Counted from the stretch's first letter, positions 1 through 8,427 are shown. The stretch: DNA of 17,476 bases from Candidatus Thorarchaeota archaeon (GCA_048884785.1 JBHLQM010000066.1:1-17476), one strand, 5' to 3'. Notes: generated by a model not told the origin, from the sequence alone. Made by a program: numbers and translations.

Positions 1-140
1 ATACTCTTGACACCATTATGAGAGAGTACAATATCTCTCTTCGACCTGACGAAGAGCAGCTCTATATGACACAACAGTCAATAGCTATCTTCAACAAATT
101 GGCAGCAAAAGAAGTTCCTCGCTATAAGCGATCGGAATAG
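1..140 (+). CDS. 3' end of a hypothetical protein (truncated by the window edge)
   Basis: Frame 3 is open from the edge: TLDTIMREYNISLRPDEEQLYMTQQSIAIFNKLAAKEVPRYKRSE, ending at TAG 138-140, 13 nt before the next ATG on the same strand. Confidence 0.6.
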   Translation, partial: TLDTIMREYNISLRPDEEQLYMTQQSIAIFNKLAAKEVPRYKRSE

Positions 141-153
141 GAAGTGGTATGAT

Positions 154-906
154 ATGGGTAGTGATTACGATGGAATGGTGATCCGTCCTCCTCTCGAGAG
201 GATAAGTAGTGGAAAAGTGTTCAAACCGAGCTCTAAGCTGAGGAACAAATACTGGTTTGAGGCCATAATTACGGCCTTGATACTATGGGTGGTGACAATA
301 GTCACCTTCTTCGGTGTCATATTCTTGATATCTTCAATTGATAGCGAATTTTTGCAATTCAATACTTGGATGAACTACTTCTGGGAACCTGTCAACTTCT
401 GGTTCTGGGTGTTCGATCTTGCATGGCTACTGCCAACTCTCATCTTCATTCCAATATACCTCAACTCGTTTGAATACTCTGTCAGGGCGGAGAGTGGTGA
501 GGCAAGCGCAGAGATATACACCAAGAAAGGAATAATCACAGTGACACGCAAACATGTGCCTCTTAGAGCCATTACGAACGTCTCAACAAAGTTCGGTCCT
601 CTCGATAGACTGTTTGGTATTGGGTGTGTCGAGATTGAGACCGCTGCCTCTCGAGGCATGTATGAAGAGGGACCCGAAGAGAAGATAGTCGGCATCACAT
701 TTACGGAAGAGCTTCGAGATTACATTTTGGCCGAAATGAGACGCTACAAATCACCGAATGTGTTGGGAACCGAAACTGACATGGAATTCGAACAGCCAAG
801 ACCAAAATTTGATGAATCGTTACAAGATGAGTTGCTTTATGCGCTACGCGAAATCCGCGAGCTGCTTAGGAGCATCGATAGAAAGTTGGACAAGGAGAGG
901 AGATAA
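154..906 (+). CDS. Membrane protein with bacterial PH (bPH_2 / YdbS-like) domain, paralog 1
   Basis: Two hydrophobic TM segments are followed by the bPH_2-type pattern YTKKGIITVTRKHVPLRAITNVSTKFGPLDRLFGIGCVEIETA. The C-terminus is an amphipathic helix (LLYALREIRELL). Confidence 0.85.
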   Translation: MGSDYDGMVIRPPLERISSGKVFKPSSKLRNKYWFEAIITALILWVVTIVTFFGVIFLISSIDSEFLQFNTWMNYFWEPVNFWFWVFDLAWLLPTLIFIPIYLNSFEYSVRAESGEASAEIYTKKGIITVTRKHVPLRAITNVSTKFGPLDRLFGIGCVEIETAASRGMYEEGPEEKIVGITFTEELRDYILAEMRRYKSPNVLGTETDMEFEQPRPKFDESLQDELLYALREIRELLRSIDRKLDKERR

Positions 907-1649
907 TGAGTAGGGACTATGAATCGAGGGTCATTAAACCTCCAATGCAGAAGATTGAGAGTGGAAGAGTCTTCAAACCGGCATCGAGCTTCCTGTGGAA
1001 GTGTTGGTTTGCTACATTCCTGCTAGGGGTATTCATCTATACCATATGCATGGCAGGATGGTTGGGTATTGGGTACATAGTCATCGTACTAGATGATGGC
1101 AATTCTGTAGCATGGTTCTTGAGTGTCTATGTCGCTGGATGGTGGCCATTGGCCAATCTCATATTGATTACCTTCATCTCTATTATTGCACTGCCGCTAT
1201 TGATAATGTTCCCATTGTATATCAGGCGGTTCGAATACAGCGTCATCTCAGAATCTGGTGACTCAATGCCAGAGATCTATGTGAAGAAAGGACTCATCAA
1301 CATCACAAAGAAGCATGTTCCATTCCGCACGATAACGAACATATCGAGTCGTGCAGGCCCACTTGACCGATTGTTTGGGATTGGAAATGTAGAGATACAG
1401 ACAGCTGGTTTCAGTGGAGGTACACAACAGGGACCCGAAGAGAAGCTCGAGGGCATTGTGTTCTATGAGGAAGTTCGCGACTTTATTTTGCAAGAATTAC
1501 GCAAGTTCAGGACGCCCTATGGAACCGCAACGGAGATACCCGGGATATCGGACTCAGTTAGGCGGCCAGCCGAATCTGTGAGTGAAGAGATCTTGGATGT
1601 GCTACACGAGATAAGGGATATACTAAAGAGGGATGAACAGAACAAGTAG
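906..1649 (+). CDS. Membrane protein with bacterial PH (bPH_2 / YdbS-like) domain, paralog 2
   Basis: Same architecture as paralog 1 (YVKKGLINITKKHVPFRTITNISSRAGPLDRLFGIGNVEIQTAG). Its start overlaps the upstream stop (TAATG, 904-908) and is preceded by GGAGAGGAG. Confidence 0.85.
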   Translation: MSRDYESRVIKPPMQKIESGRVFKPASSFLWKCWFATFLLGVFIYTICMAGWLGIGYIVIVLDDGNSVAWFLSVYVAGWWPLANLILITFISIIALPLLIMFPLYIRRFEYSVISESGDSMPEIYVKKGLINITKKHVPFRTITNISSRAGPLDRLFGIGNVEIQTAGFSGGTQQGPEEKLEGIVFYEEVRDFILQELRKFRTPYGTATEIPGISDSVRRPAESVSEEILDVLHEIRDILKRDEQNK

Positions 1650-1652
1650 AGT

Positions 1653-1757
1653 ATGCCTCCCATCTGGAAGATAATACTCAAGGTGTTCGTACTAGTACTC
1701 GTAATTGTAGTCTTCATTCTCTTCTACCTGGGATGGGCAGCGATTCAGATTTCATAG
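1653..1757 (+). CDS. 34-aa single-transmembrane microprotein (not in the ORF track)
   Basis: Translated by hand: MPPIWKIILKVFVLVLVIVVFILFYLGWAAIQIS*. The ATG is 3 nt after the upstream stop and the TAG ends 6 nt before the convergent gene's stop. Confidence 0.6.
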   Translation: MPPIWKIILKVFVLVLVIVVFILFYLGWAAIQIS

Positions 1758-1763
1758 GCTTCT

Positions 1764-2630
1764 TCACAGAAGAGAGATATCCAGTTTCGAGAGCAATGCC
1801 TCAAATCCAATGAGGCTCTCGGTTGCCGCCTCTCTCGGTCTGACCTCAATGATATATTGGAGGGGTCTCTCGATCTTCGATAGGAATTCCAAGGGTGGTC
1901 GGAAGTCCAGCATTCCGGCACCAATGATCTGATGCGTGCCCAGTCCTTCCATCATATCATGGATATGGACCACATCAATTGCGTCGGAATACTGCTGAAA
2001 GATCATCCAATCGGAATGCAACAGCTGCATTTCTTTGGTATAGAGCTTGGGAATATCAAGGCATAACCGCATGCCGCGCGCAATAAGAGAGGGGATAGCA
2101 TGACGAACCAGCGGGGTCCATGCATGATTCTCGAGGGTGATGGCTACATCGGGACTCCCGTATTCTATGAGCTCGACTACAGCGCCGAAGAAAGCATTTT
2201 CATACACATCTAGATTCTGATTGAGAAAGGCATCTTGTTTTTCACCAGCTATTCTGTATTGAGGTGGTCCGCCTGCATGCACGACCAGGTTTGTCCTAGT
2301 ATGACTAATCTCGCGGACCAGGTCGATGATTCTCCTGAAGAATTCTAGTATAGATTGGCGAATAGAGGGGTAGCTGATAAACAGACTGACATCATCGCCC
2401 GGTGCATGGAAGCTCCATCGAATTCCAAGGTTATTGGACATCTCACGGAGCTGGTTTCTTTCCTCACTTGAGATATAGTCTGGACCGTATCGTGGAACGC
2501 CAAAGTCAGGGACGATACAGGTCCAGCCATGATTTGATGCATAGTCCAGGGCATCGAGTAACGATTCGTCATATATCACGTGATATCCACGGTGAGCTGG
2601 AAGAGGCATGAAGTTGAGAGGACTGTTCAT
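1764..2630 (-). CDS. Sugar-phosphate isomerase/epimerase / AP endonuclease 2 family TIM-barrel protein
   Basis: Motifs SFHAP, VVHAG, ITLENH, LCLD, HIHD, HQIIGAG, IIEVR. The start was moved from 2693 to ATG 2630 (2609 also possible) to avoid overlapping the upstream gene. Confidence 0.75.
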   Translation of the reverse strand: MNSPLNFMPLPAHRGYHVIYDESLLDALDYASNHGWTCIVPDFGVPRYGPDYISSEERNQLREMSNNLGIRWSFHAPGDDVSLFISYPSIRQSILEFFRRIIDLVREISHTRTNLVVHAGGPPQYRIAGEKQDAFLNQNLDVYENAFFGAVVELIEYGSPDVAITLENHAWTPLVRHAIPSLIARGMRLCLDIPKLYTKEMQLLHSDWMIFQQYSDAIDVVHIHDMMEGLGTHQIIGAGMLDFRPPLEFLSKIERPLQYIIEVRPREAATESLIGFEALLSKLDISLL

Positions 2631-2649
2631 GAATATGAGATTGCCGAAT

Positions 2650-3462
2650 CTAGTTCGTGCTTCTATAAAGAAGAGAGCCCTGATGGAATACAACTAGCTG
2701 TCCTGGATCGAAATCCGTCCAAATCTCACCAGCCATAGCCCGCGTCACTACAACATATCCAGAGGGTTTTTCATCATGGTCAGAAACGATATTTGCACTC
2801 CGAATGTCCACAAGACCAAGGTCAAGTTCATCAGTCTTGAGCCCAAGTTCTCCAAAGGGATGTTCTTGCTGTGCAAATCTCAGACCACCATTGTGCCGAT
2901 TTTCGTCAGAGTAGCATAGAAGATATCGTCCATCTGAGAGAATACAATTTAGGGTGTTATCCAGCCCATTAATCTCTCTGAGCGTTTCGTGAAGAAGACC
3001 GAAGTCAATCCCAGATGGGTGGTTGATTGAGTTGGCTTCTATTGTTTCTAGTAGATAGCAGAATAACCGCTCCGAGTCAGTTTCTCCAATAGGTCTGTAT
3101 TTGGTCAGGCTCAATGGGTCCATGTTGGTCAAGGTCCCATTGTGGGCGAATGAGAACTCCCTTCTATTACCTCCAATCACACCTACTCGATAGAATGGAT
3201 GCGTGTTTGCATAGCTACGGTTGCCCATGGTAGATCTACGGACATGAGAGATGAAAGTCTGTGATTGGGGATAGTTTTCCACGAAGTCATACAGAGGGCT
3301 CTGAGTCGAGGCCCTAGCTTCCTTTACAATCTGAAGTATATCACCCTCATAGAAGGCAAGACCCCACCCATCAGGATTCTCACTCCCTCTAAGTTGAAAG
3401 ATATTGAGTGAGATGCTTGCCTTCACAGGAGAATTGAAAGACATGCCTAGAAGATCGCACAA
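2650..3462 (-). CDS. Class II glutamine amidotransferase (YafJ/EgtC-like Ntn hydrolase)
   Basis: N-terminal CDLLGMS plus NPDGWGLAFY, SHVRRST, NTHPF, FAHNG and GETDSE. A TTG start at 3462 puts the catalytic Cys at position 2. Confidence 0.9.
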   Translation of the reverse strand: MCDLLGMSFNSPVKASISLNIFQLRGSENPDGWGLAFYEGDILQIVKEARASTQSPLYDFVENYPQSQTFISHVRRSTMGNRSYANTHPFYRVGVIGGNRREFSFAHNGTLTNMDPLSLTKYRPIGETDSERLFCYLLETIEANSINHPSGIDFGLLHETLREINGLDNTLNCILSDGRYLLCYSDENRHNGGLRFAQQEHPFGELGLKTDELDLGLVDIRSANIVSDHDEKPSGYVVVTRAMAGEIWTDFDPGQLVVFHQGSLLYRSTN

Positions 3463-3531
3463 CTGCTTCACAACCTGTAGAACATGGTTTTTGCCACGAT
3501 ATATCAGTCTTGACGTTTCATTGGCTCTAGC

Positions 3532-4161
3532 TTAGTCGGCATCACCATCCAGCCATGTGTCATTCTCTGTTGGTGTCTGCGGCTCCTGTTTCGTGGGTGT
3601 TTCCCACCAGTATTGTGACTTCGCTTCTTCAATCCAGAGCTTGTCCTGTGGGGGTGGGCGTATCTTCATAAAAACCAAGGCAGTTGCTAGCAACAACGGG
3701 ATTGGCACTGCAAAAGTCGTCATCATGTACGGGTATGGATACACAATGTATTGCAGCAGCATTATGAAATAGAAGGGGCCTGCAAATTCGAGCTCAGTGA
3801 TTATGCCAACTGTAAAAACTCGGCGTCGTGTAGTCTTCCCTTTATACAATCTACTAAACATCAAGACAAAGATTGGTCGAAGGAATGTAAATGGCAAGAT
3901 GGTAACTATAAAGAATGGGTCAATAAACGGGGGGTAATAGTAATCCCATGGCACGTACAATGTAAAGTACCATGTCATTGCAATAATCTGTGTGCTCCAT
4001 GTACTATATAGTAAAGATGCAGGGGCAAAGAGTGCAATGATCGCTAGTATTCCTGTACCAATGCCTGAACTTTGCTTTTTCCCAATAGATTGCTGAGCCT
4101 CTAGAGTCACTACGAATCCCGGATACACTCTGATATGAAAGGGCTTATTGTTTTTTCTCAA
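3532..4161 (-). CDS. Hypothetical multi-pass membrane protein
   Basis: About 4 hydrophobic segments and an acidic Pro/Trp-rich tail. The true start may be downstream (GTG 4110). Confidence 0.7.
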   Translation of the reverse strand: MRKNNKPFHIRVYPGFVVTLEAQQSIGKKQSSGIGTGILAIIALFAPASLLYSTWSTQIIAMTWYFTLYVPWDYYYPPFIDPFFIVTILPFTFLRPIFVLMFSRLYKGKTTRRRVFTVGIITELEFAGPFYFIMLLQYIVYPYPYMMTTFAVPIPLLLATALVFMKIRPPPQDKLWIEEAKSQYWWETPTKQEPQTPTENDTWLDGDAD

Positions 4162-4184
4162 ATCAGAGTGTACCGATAGTAATT

Positions 4185-4478
4185 CTATGCGGGATTCAGT
4201 CGCTTTGCTTCGAAGCCTGTACGAATCTGCTCGAGCTCATGAGTCAGTTTCATATATCGTTCGTCGGCTCTAAGTTTCTCAATCTTGCTTTTGTAGTCGT
4301 CGTCGCTTGAGTACCGAGTCATCATGTAAGTGACATTAGGCTTGTCTTCGCGTTGCCAGTACCCCATGACGTCGATACCGTGTTCGTCGTAGATCTCATC
4401 GAACTTGTTTCGCAGCTCGAAAAGATGAGGTATTGATTCAGACTTCACTTCAGTTGTATATAGCATTACGAGCGTCAT
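4185..4478 (-). CDS. NIPSNAP family protein
   Basis: 97 aa with the pattern YDEHGIDVMGYW...YMMTRYSS...LRADERY...KRLNP, typical of single-domain NIPSNAP proteins. Confidence 0.75.
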   Translation of the reverse strand: MTLVMLYTTEVKSESIPHLFELRNKFDEIYDEHGIDVMGYWQREDKPNVTYMMTRYSSDDDYKSKIEKLRADERYMKLTHELEQIRTGFEAKRLNPA

Positions 4479-4486
4479 AATTTATC

Positions 4487-4508
4487 GATATTAACAATAG
4501 TTAATATC
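4487..4508. promoter_or_regulatory. Perfect inverted repeat GATATTAAC-N4-GTTAATATC (candidate operator)
   Basis: 9-bp arms lie 9-30 nt upstream of the NIPSNAP ATG, next to an AT-rich TATA-like stretch at 4509-4518. Confidence 0.55.
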
Positions 4509-4539
4509 CTTATTAATTCTTGTACGTGAGCAAAAATGA

Positions 4540-5925
4540 CTAGCGTCTCTTTTGTATTATGAACACAATGACTATCATGGCAATAGCTATGATAGAAATC
4601 CCTACGATGAGTGTGAGAGTGCCGTCAAAAGATGTAGGAGTAGTGGGTGTGGATGGCTCCGTTCCAGTTGGAGTTGTGGTGGAGGTCGATGTAGTAGTGT
4701 CAGTATCGGTGGGAGTTACAGTAGGCTCATCGGCAATGAGAGCGTTCATTTGTACGAATATCTCGGTATTATCGACAAGAGAGCCATTTGATAGTCCTTC
4801 AAATAATGACCCAAAACAGTATAGAGGCACTGATGTGGCTGTATGGCCGGTTGTTGACCATGTAACAGTGACGTTCTGAGCTCGCTCAACACGAAGAGTC
4901 CTTCTAGCTTCCTCATCACCTACACTTGAGGGCAGTTCATCAGAGAGCGTGTTGCTGACTATGCCAAGGCCTCCTGTTTCATGATCTGCAGTCACTATTA
5001 ATACAGTGTTTTGATGGTTCTCAACATAGTCCAACGCCACCTTTACTGCTTCATCAAACGCAATGGCCTCAAGACTGGTACCAACTCTATCATTTGCATG
5101 GGCTTCGAAATCGACCTTGCTGCCTTCAACCATAAGGAAGAATCCATCAGTATCTTGGGAAAGAACCTCCAGTGATTTGTTCGTCATCTCAGCTAGGGAG
5201 GGGGTCAATGAGAATATTCTGTCTGTTTCGTACTCCATATGTCCATTGGAAAACAAGCCGAGAATCCGTCCCGAGTCAATATCAAGCAGCTCTGTTCTAT
5301 TATGAACAATCGAATAGCCGTTTGACTCCATACTAGCTAACTGACTCTGAGAGAAATAAGTGAGGCCACCCCCCATGATAACATCAACCTCTGAAGTGAC
5401 AATCTGGCTGGTGATCTCGGACAAGTCATTTCTGTTAGAAACATGCGTCATGAAAGCTGCTGGAGTTGCGTGTTGGATGTAAGAAGTTGCGAGAATCCCA
5501 GTTGCTTTCCCTCTTGCCTGTGCGATCTCTAGAATCGTTTCAACGCTGGTCCCATTTTGGAGAATCGAGAGCATTCCATTATTTGTCTTCTCGCCAGTGG
5601 CCATTGCAGTTGCCGCAGCAGCTGAATCTGTAACTGAACTGTCTGCGCTATATGTTTCCACAGAGAGGAAAAGTCCTGATTGTTGCATCGTTAGGTTCCC
5701 TGAGGGGCCAAATTCTACGAGCCGCGCAAGTTCCACTTGCATGGGGCCCATACCATCCCCAATCATCAGAATAATACTGAATGGTTCTTCAGAAGTCGCT
5801 ATTTGCGCTGAGTTCATTGGATTATTACTCAATCCAGATGCCATAGTGATAATGAAGAGGACAAAGGACGAGAAGAAAAGCATACGATTACGCGGCAACA
5901 TAGGCAACTCTTGAATGGTTTCCAT
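4540..5925 (-). CDS. phoA: Alkaline phosphatase (PhoA family), secreted, with C-terminal membrane anchor
   Basis: IILMIGDGMG, VTDSAAAATAMATG (phospho-Ser), HATPAAF, FFLMVEG..VD..AH, VTADHETGG and GHT. Also has an N-terminal signal, a Thr/Pro/Ser linker, a TM helix and a KRR tail. The start may be ATG 5901. Confidence 0.92.
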   Translation of the reverse strand: METIQELPMLPRNRMLFFSSFVLFIITMASGLSNNPMNSAQIATSEEPFSIILMIGDGMGPMQVELARLVEFGPSGNLTMQQSGLFLSVETYSADSSVTDSAAAATAMATGEKTNNGMLSILQNGTSVETILEIAQARGKATGILATSYIQHATPAAFMTHVSNRNDLSEITSQIVTSEVDVIMGGGLTYFSQSQLASMESNGYSIVHNRTELLDIDSGRILGLFSNGHMEYETDRIFSLTPSLAEMTNKSLEVLSQDTDGFFLMVEGSKVDFEAHANDRVGTSLEAIAFDEAVKVALDYVENHQNTVLIVTADHETGGLGIVSNTLSDELPSSVGDEEARRTLRVERAQNVTVTWSTTGHTATSVPLYCFGSLFEGLSNGSLVDNTEIFVQMNALIADEPTVTPTDTDTTTSTSTTTPTGTEPSTPTTPTSFDGTLTLIVGISIIAIAMIVIVFIIQKRR

Positions 5926-5959
5926 CTAATATTCTTTTATGCGGCCAAATACGGATGAC

Positions 5960-6649
5960 TTAGGCTGTGGCTTTATGAATAGCAAACGTACCAAGAAGGA
6001 GTTTTGCGACCTTTACATCCTTGAAGCCTGCATCAAACAGAATTCCAGCAAAATCGCGTCTATGATAGAAACGTGGAACTGTGTAGGATAGATATGCGTA
6101 GCCTGTGTTGGACCCGGAAATGAGACCACCAAGCCTTCTGACTACAAGTCGTATGTATAGATGGAATAAATGACGAACAATCGGAGAGTCTGGTTGACTT
6201 GTTTCAAGATTGATGAAAACTCCACCAGGTTTGAGAGTTCTATGAAACTCTTCAAGATATGCAATGAGTTTCTCTCGATTGGGATTGAGGTTACGTGTTG
6301 CATATGAAATTGTAACAAGATCAAACTCATTGTCACGGAAAGGAAGGTGCCCTGAGTCAGATAGAGCAAAGTGTATCCCTTTCGCCACTGGTTTTGTGCT
6401 TGCCACCTGAAGCATCGGAAGAGCAAAATCTACAGACGTTACCTTCGCACCATTCCTAGCCCTATACAGAGAGATTGCCATCTCCCCTGTGCCACTACAG
6501 ACATCAAGCCATTTAGTGCCTCCAACACTTGCTGCCATCTGTGCCGCCTTTTGCCGCCATAGGACATCCAATCCGAAAGTAAGTAGATGGTTGATCATCT
6601 CATAGGTTCTGGAGGCTTCTGAGAATATCTTCTGTACACCCTTGCTCAT
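5960..6649 (-). CDS. ubiE: UbiE/MenG-family class I SAM-dependent methyltransferase
   Basis: Family-type N-terminus IFSEASRTYEMINHLLTFGLDVLWR, SAM motif LDVCSGTG, LPFRDNEFDLVT, LKPGG and YAYL. Confidence 0.85.
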   Translation of the reverse strand: MSKGVQKIFSEASRTYEMINHLLTFGLDVLWRQKAAQMAASVGGTKWLDVCSGTGEMAISLYRARNGAKVTSVDFALPMLQVASTKPVAKGIHFALSDSGHLPFRDNEFDLVTISYATRNLNPNREKLIAYLEEFHRTLKPGGVFINLETSQPDSPIVRHLFHLYIRLVVRRLGGLISGSNTGYAYLSYTVPRFYHRRDFAGILFDAGFKDVKVAKLLLGTFAIHKATA

Positions 6650-6822
6650 TTCAAATCCTTCTGTTGATGCTTGGGGTCAGACATCTGTTGAACAAATAAC
6701 TCTAGCCCATTAATAGCTCCCTAGGAATCCTTCTGGTCCCACTTCTTTTCTGTGGTCATCAGGCGGAAACACATAGAAATAGCATCTACATCTTTAATAT
6801 CCGGCAAAAAGAGGCGACCCCA

Positions 6823-8076
6823 ATGAAACAAGTGAGTCTGATAATTATAGGCGCTGGTGATAGAGGGCAGGTGTATGCAGGCTATGCCAAGAAGTATTCA
6901 GATCTTGTTCGTATTATTGGAGTTGCCGAACCACGCGACTATTATAGGAGGAAACTGGCAGAAGAGCACGATATTCCAAGTGAAAATGTCCTCAAAGACT
7001 GGAAATCCATCGTTGAGAGAGAGAGATTTGCAGACGCAGCAATAGTTGCAACTCCGGATTCATTGCATGCAGAACCAGCTATTGCTCTGGCTTCAAAAGG
7101 GTATCATCTTCTCTTGGAAAAACCAATGGCACCAGATGAAGAGAGCTGTCGACGTATTGTCAAGGCAGCGCGAGAAAGTGAGATAATCTTCTCTGTTGGA
7201 CATGTGCTTCGTTATACCAAGTACACTCAGAAATTGAAGAACTTGATTGATAATAGTGTAATTGGCGAGGTAGTAAGCATCCAACATCTTGAGCCTGTTG
7301 GGTATTGGCATCAGGCGCATTCGTTTGTACGGGGCAACTGGAGGCGAGAAGACCAGTCCTCGTTCATGCTCCTAGCTAAGTCCTGTCATGACATTGATTG
7401 GATTCGCTACATAATGGGGAAGAGATGCACATCAGTATCATCATTCGGGTCGCTTGTTCATTTTCGTAAAGAGAACATGCCCCCAACTGCTGGCAGCAAT
7501 TGTCTTCACTGTGACTATGAACCTGAGTGCCCATATTCTGCGAAGAAGATCTATTTTGGATTCTTTAGCCGAGGAATAAAGGATTGGCCTGTAAATGTCG
7601 TGACGCCAGAACCGAGTGAAGAAACACTAACAGAGGCGATTCTTACAGGGCCGTATGGAAGGTGTGTATACAGATGTGACAACGATGTTGTTGACCAGCA
7701 AGTTGTCAATATGGAGTTTGAAGGAGGAGCTACTGCATCATTTTCAATGATGGCTTTTACCAAGGCAAGACACAGAGAAACCAGAATATTTGGTACAAGG
7801 GGTGAAATCTATGGTGATGGCGTAAGAATCCATGTCACTGATTTTTTGACTGATGAAACAACCACCTACGACACGGCAACGAATGCATCTGTCCTAGAAG
7901 GACATGGGGGCGGCGACTACTGGATTATGCATTCGTTCATCGACGCTGTGAAGACCGGAGATCCATCGCTAATTTTATCGGGTCCAGCAGAAACGCTTGA
8001 GACTCATTTGATGACTTTTGCGGCAGAGAAAAGCAGGCGAGAGAAGAGGACGGTCTTCATGAGTGACTATTTCTAG
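6823..8076 (+). CDS. Gfo/Idh/MocA family NAD(P)-dependent oxidoreductase with Cys-rich insert
   Basis: Rossmann motif IIGAGDRG, plus LLEKPM, VGHVLRY, HSFVRGNWR, KSCHDID and GHGGGD. Confidence 0.92.
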   Translation: MKQVSLIIIGAGDRGQVYAGYAKKYSDLVRIIGVAEPRDYYRRKLAEEHDIPSENVLKDWKSIVERERFADAAIVATPDSLHAEPAIALASKGYHLLLEKPMAPDEESCRRIVKAARESEIIFSVGHVLRYTKYTQKLKNLIDNSVIGEVVSIQHLEPVGYWHQAHSFVRGNWRREDQSSFMLLAKSCHDIDWIRYIMGKRCTSVSSFGSLVHFRKENMPPTAGSNCLHCDYEPECPYSAKKIYFGFFSRGIKDWPVNVVTPEPSEETLTEAILTGPYGRCVYRCDNDVVDQQVVNMEFEGGATASFSMMAFTKARHRETRIFGTRGEIYGDGVRIHVTDFLTDETTTYDTATNASVLEGHGGGDYWIMHSFIDAVKTGDPSLILSGPAETLETHLMTFAAEKSRREKRTVFMSDYF

Positions 8077-8206
8077 TAAAATCATTCGCCTTTTCAATGA
8101 TGATGACTATCATAGTTCTGAGTTCTATTTAGGGCATGACTATAGATTCAATAGGCTGTCTGTGAGATAGTGACTTGCATGTAGAACGTATTAATGATGT
8201 GAGAAA

Positions 8207-8395
8207 ATGGGTTGGGGAATCAGAGCATTGCTCGTTGGACTAACAGGATTGTTGATTCTTTTGCTTTACCTGAGCATACCACCTGGACTCGATCCCACCT
8301 TGAATATGATTGGGTTATTACTACTTGCCACGTTTGGCGTGAATTTAATGATTGGAATAGTAGCTCTGTTTAAGTTCGGAGGAGAGAAACGCTAG
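8207..8395 (+). CDS. Small two-TM hypothetical membrane protein
   Basis: 62 aa with two hydrophobic helices separated by a PPGLDP turn; fills an otherwise empty interval. Confidence 0.6.
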   Translation: MGWGIRALLVGLTGLLILLLYLSIPPGLDPTLNMIGLLLLATFGVNLMIGIVALFKFGGEKR

Positions 8396-8427
8396 ACGAG
8401 GTTCTATTGCCCATTCGTTCTCGAATT

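Noticed and set aside
2650-3462. Calling the amidotransferase egtC (ergothioneine synthesis)
   Set aside because: No egtA/B/D genes are nearby and the family motifs do not fix the substrate.
4630-4725. GTx-rich low-complexity runs (also at about 16750-16800)
   Set aside because: Explained by Thr/Pro/Ser linker codons; not a DNA repeat array.
8064-8143. TGACTAT three times (8064, 8104, 8137)
   Set aside because: Only 7 nt long with uneven spacing, and one copy is coding. Far too short for CRISPR and plausibly chance.
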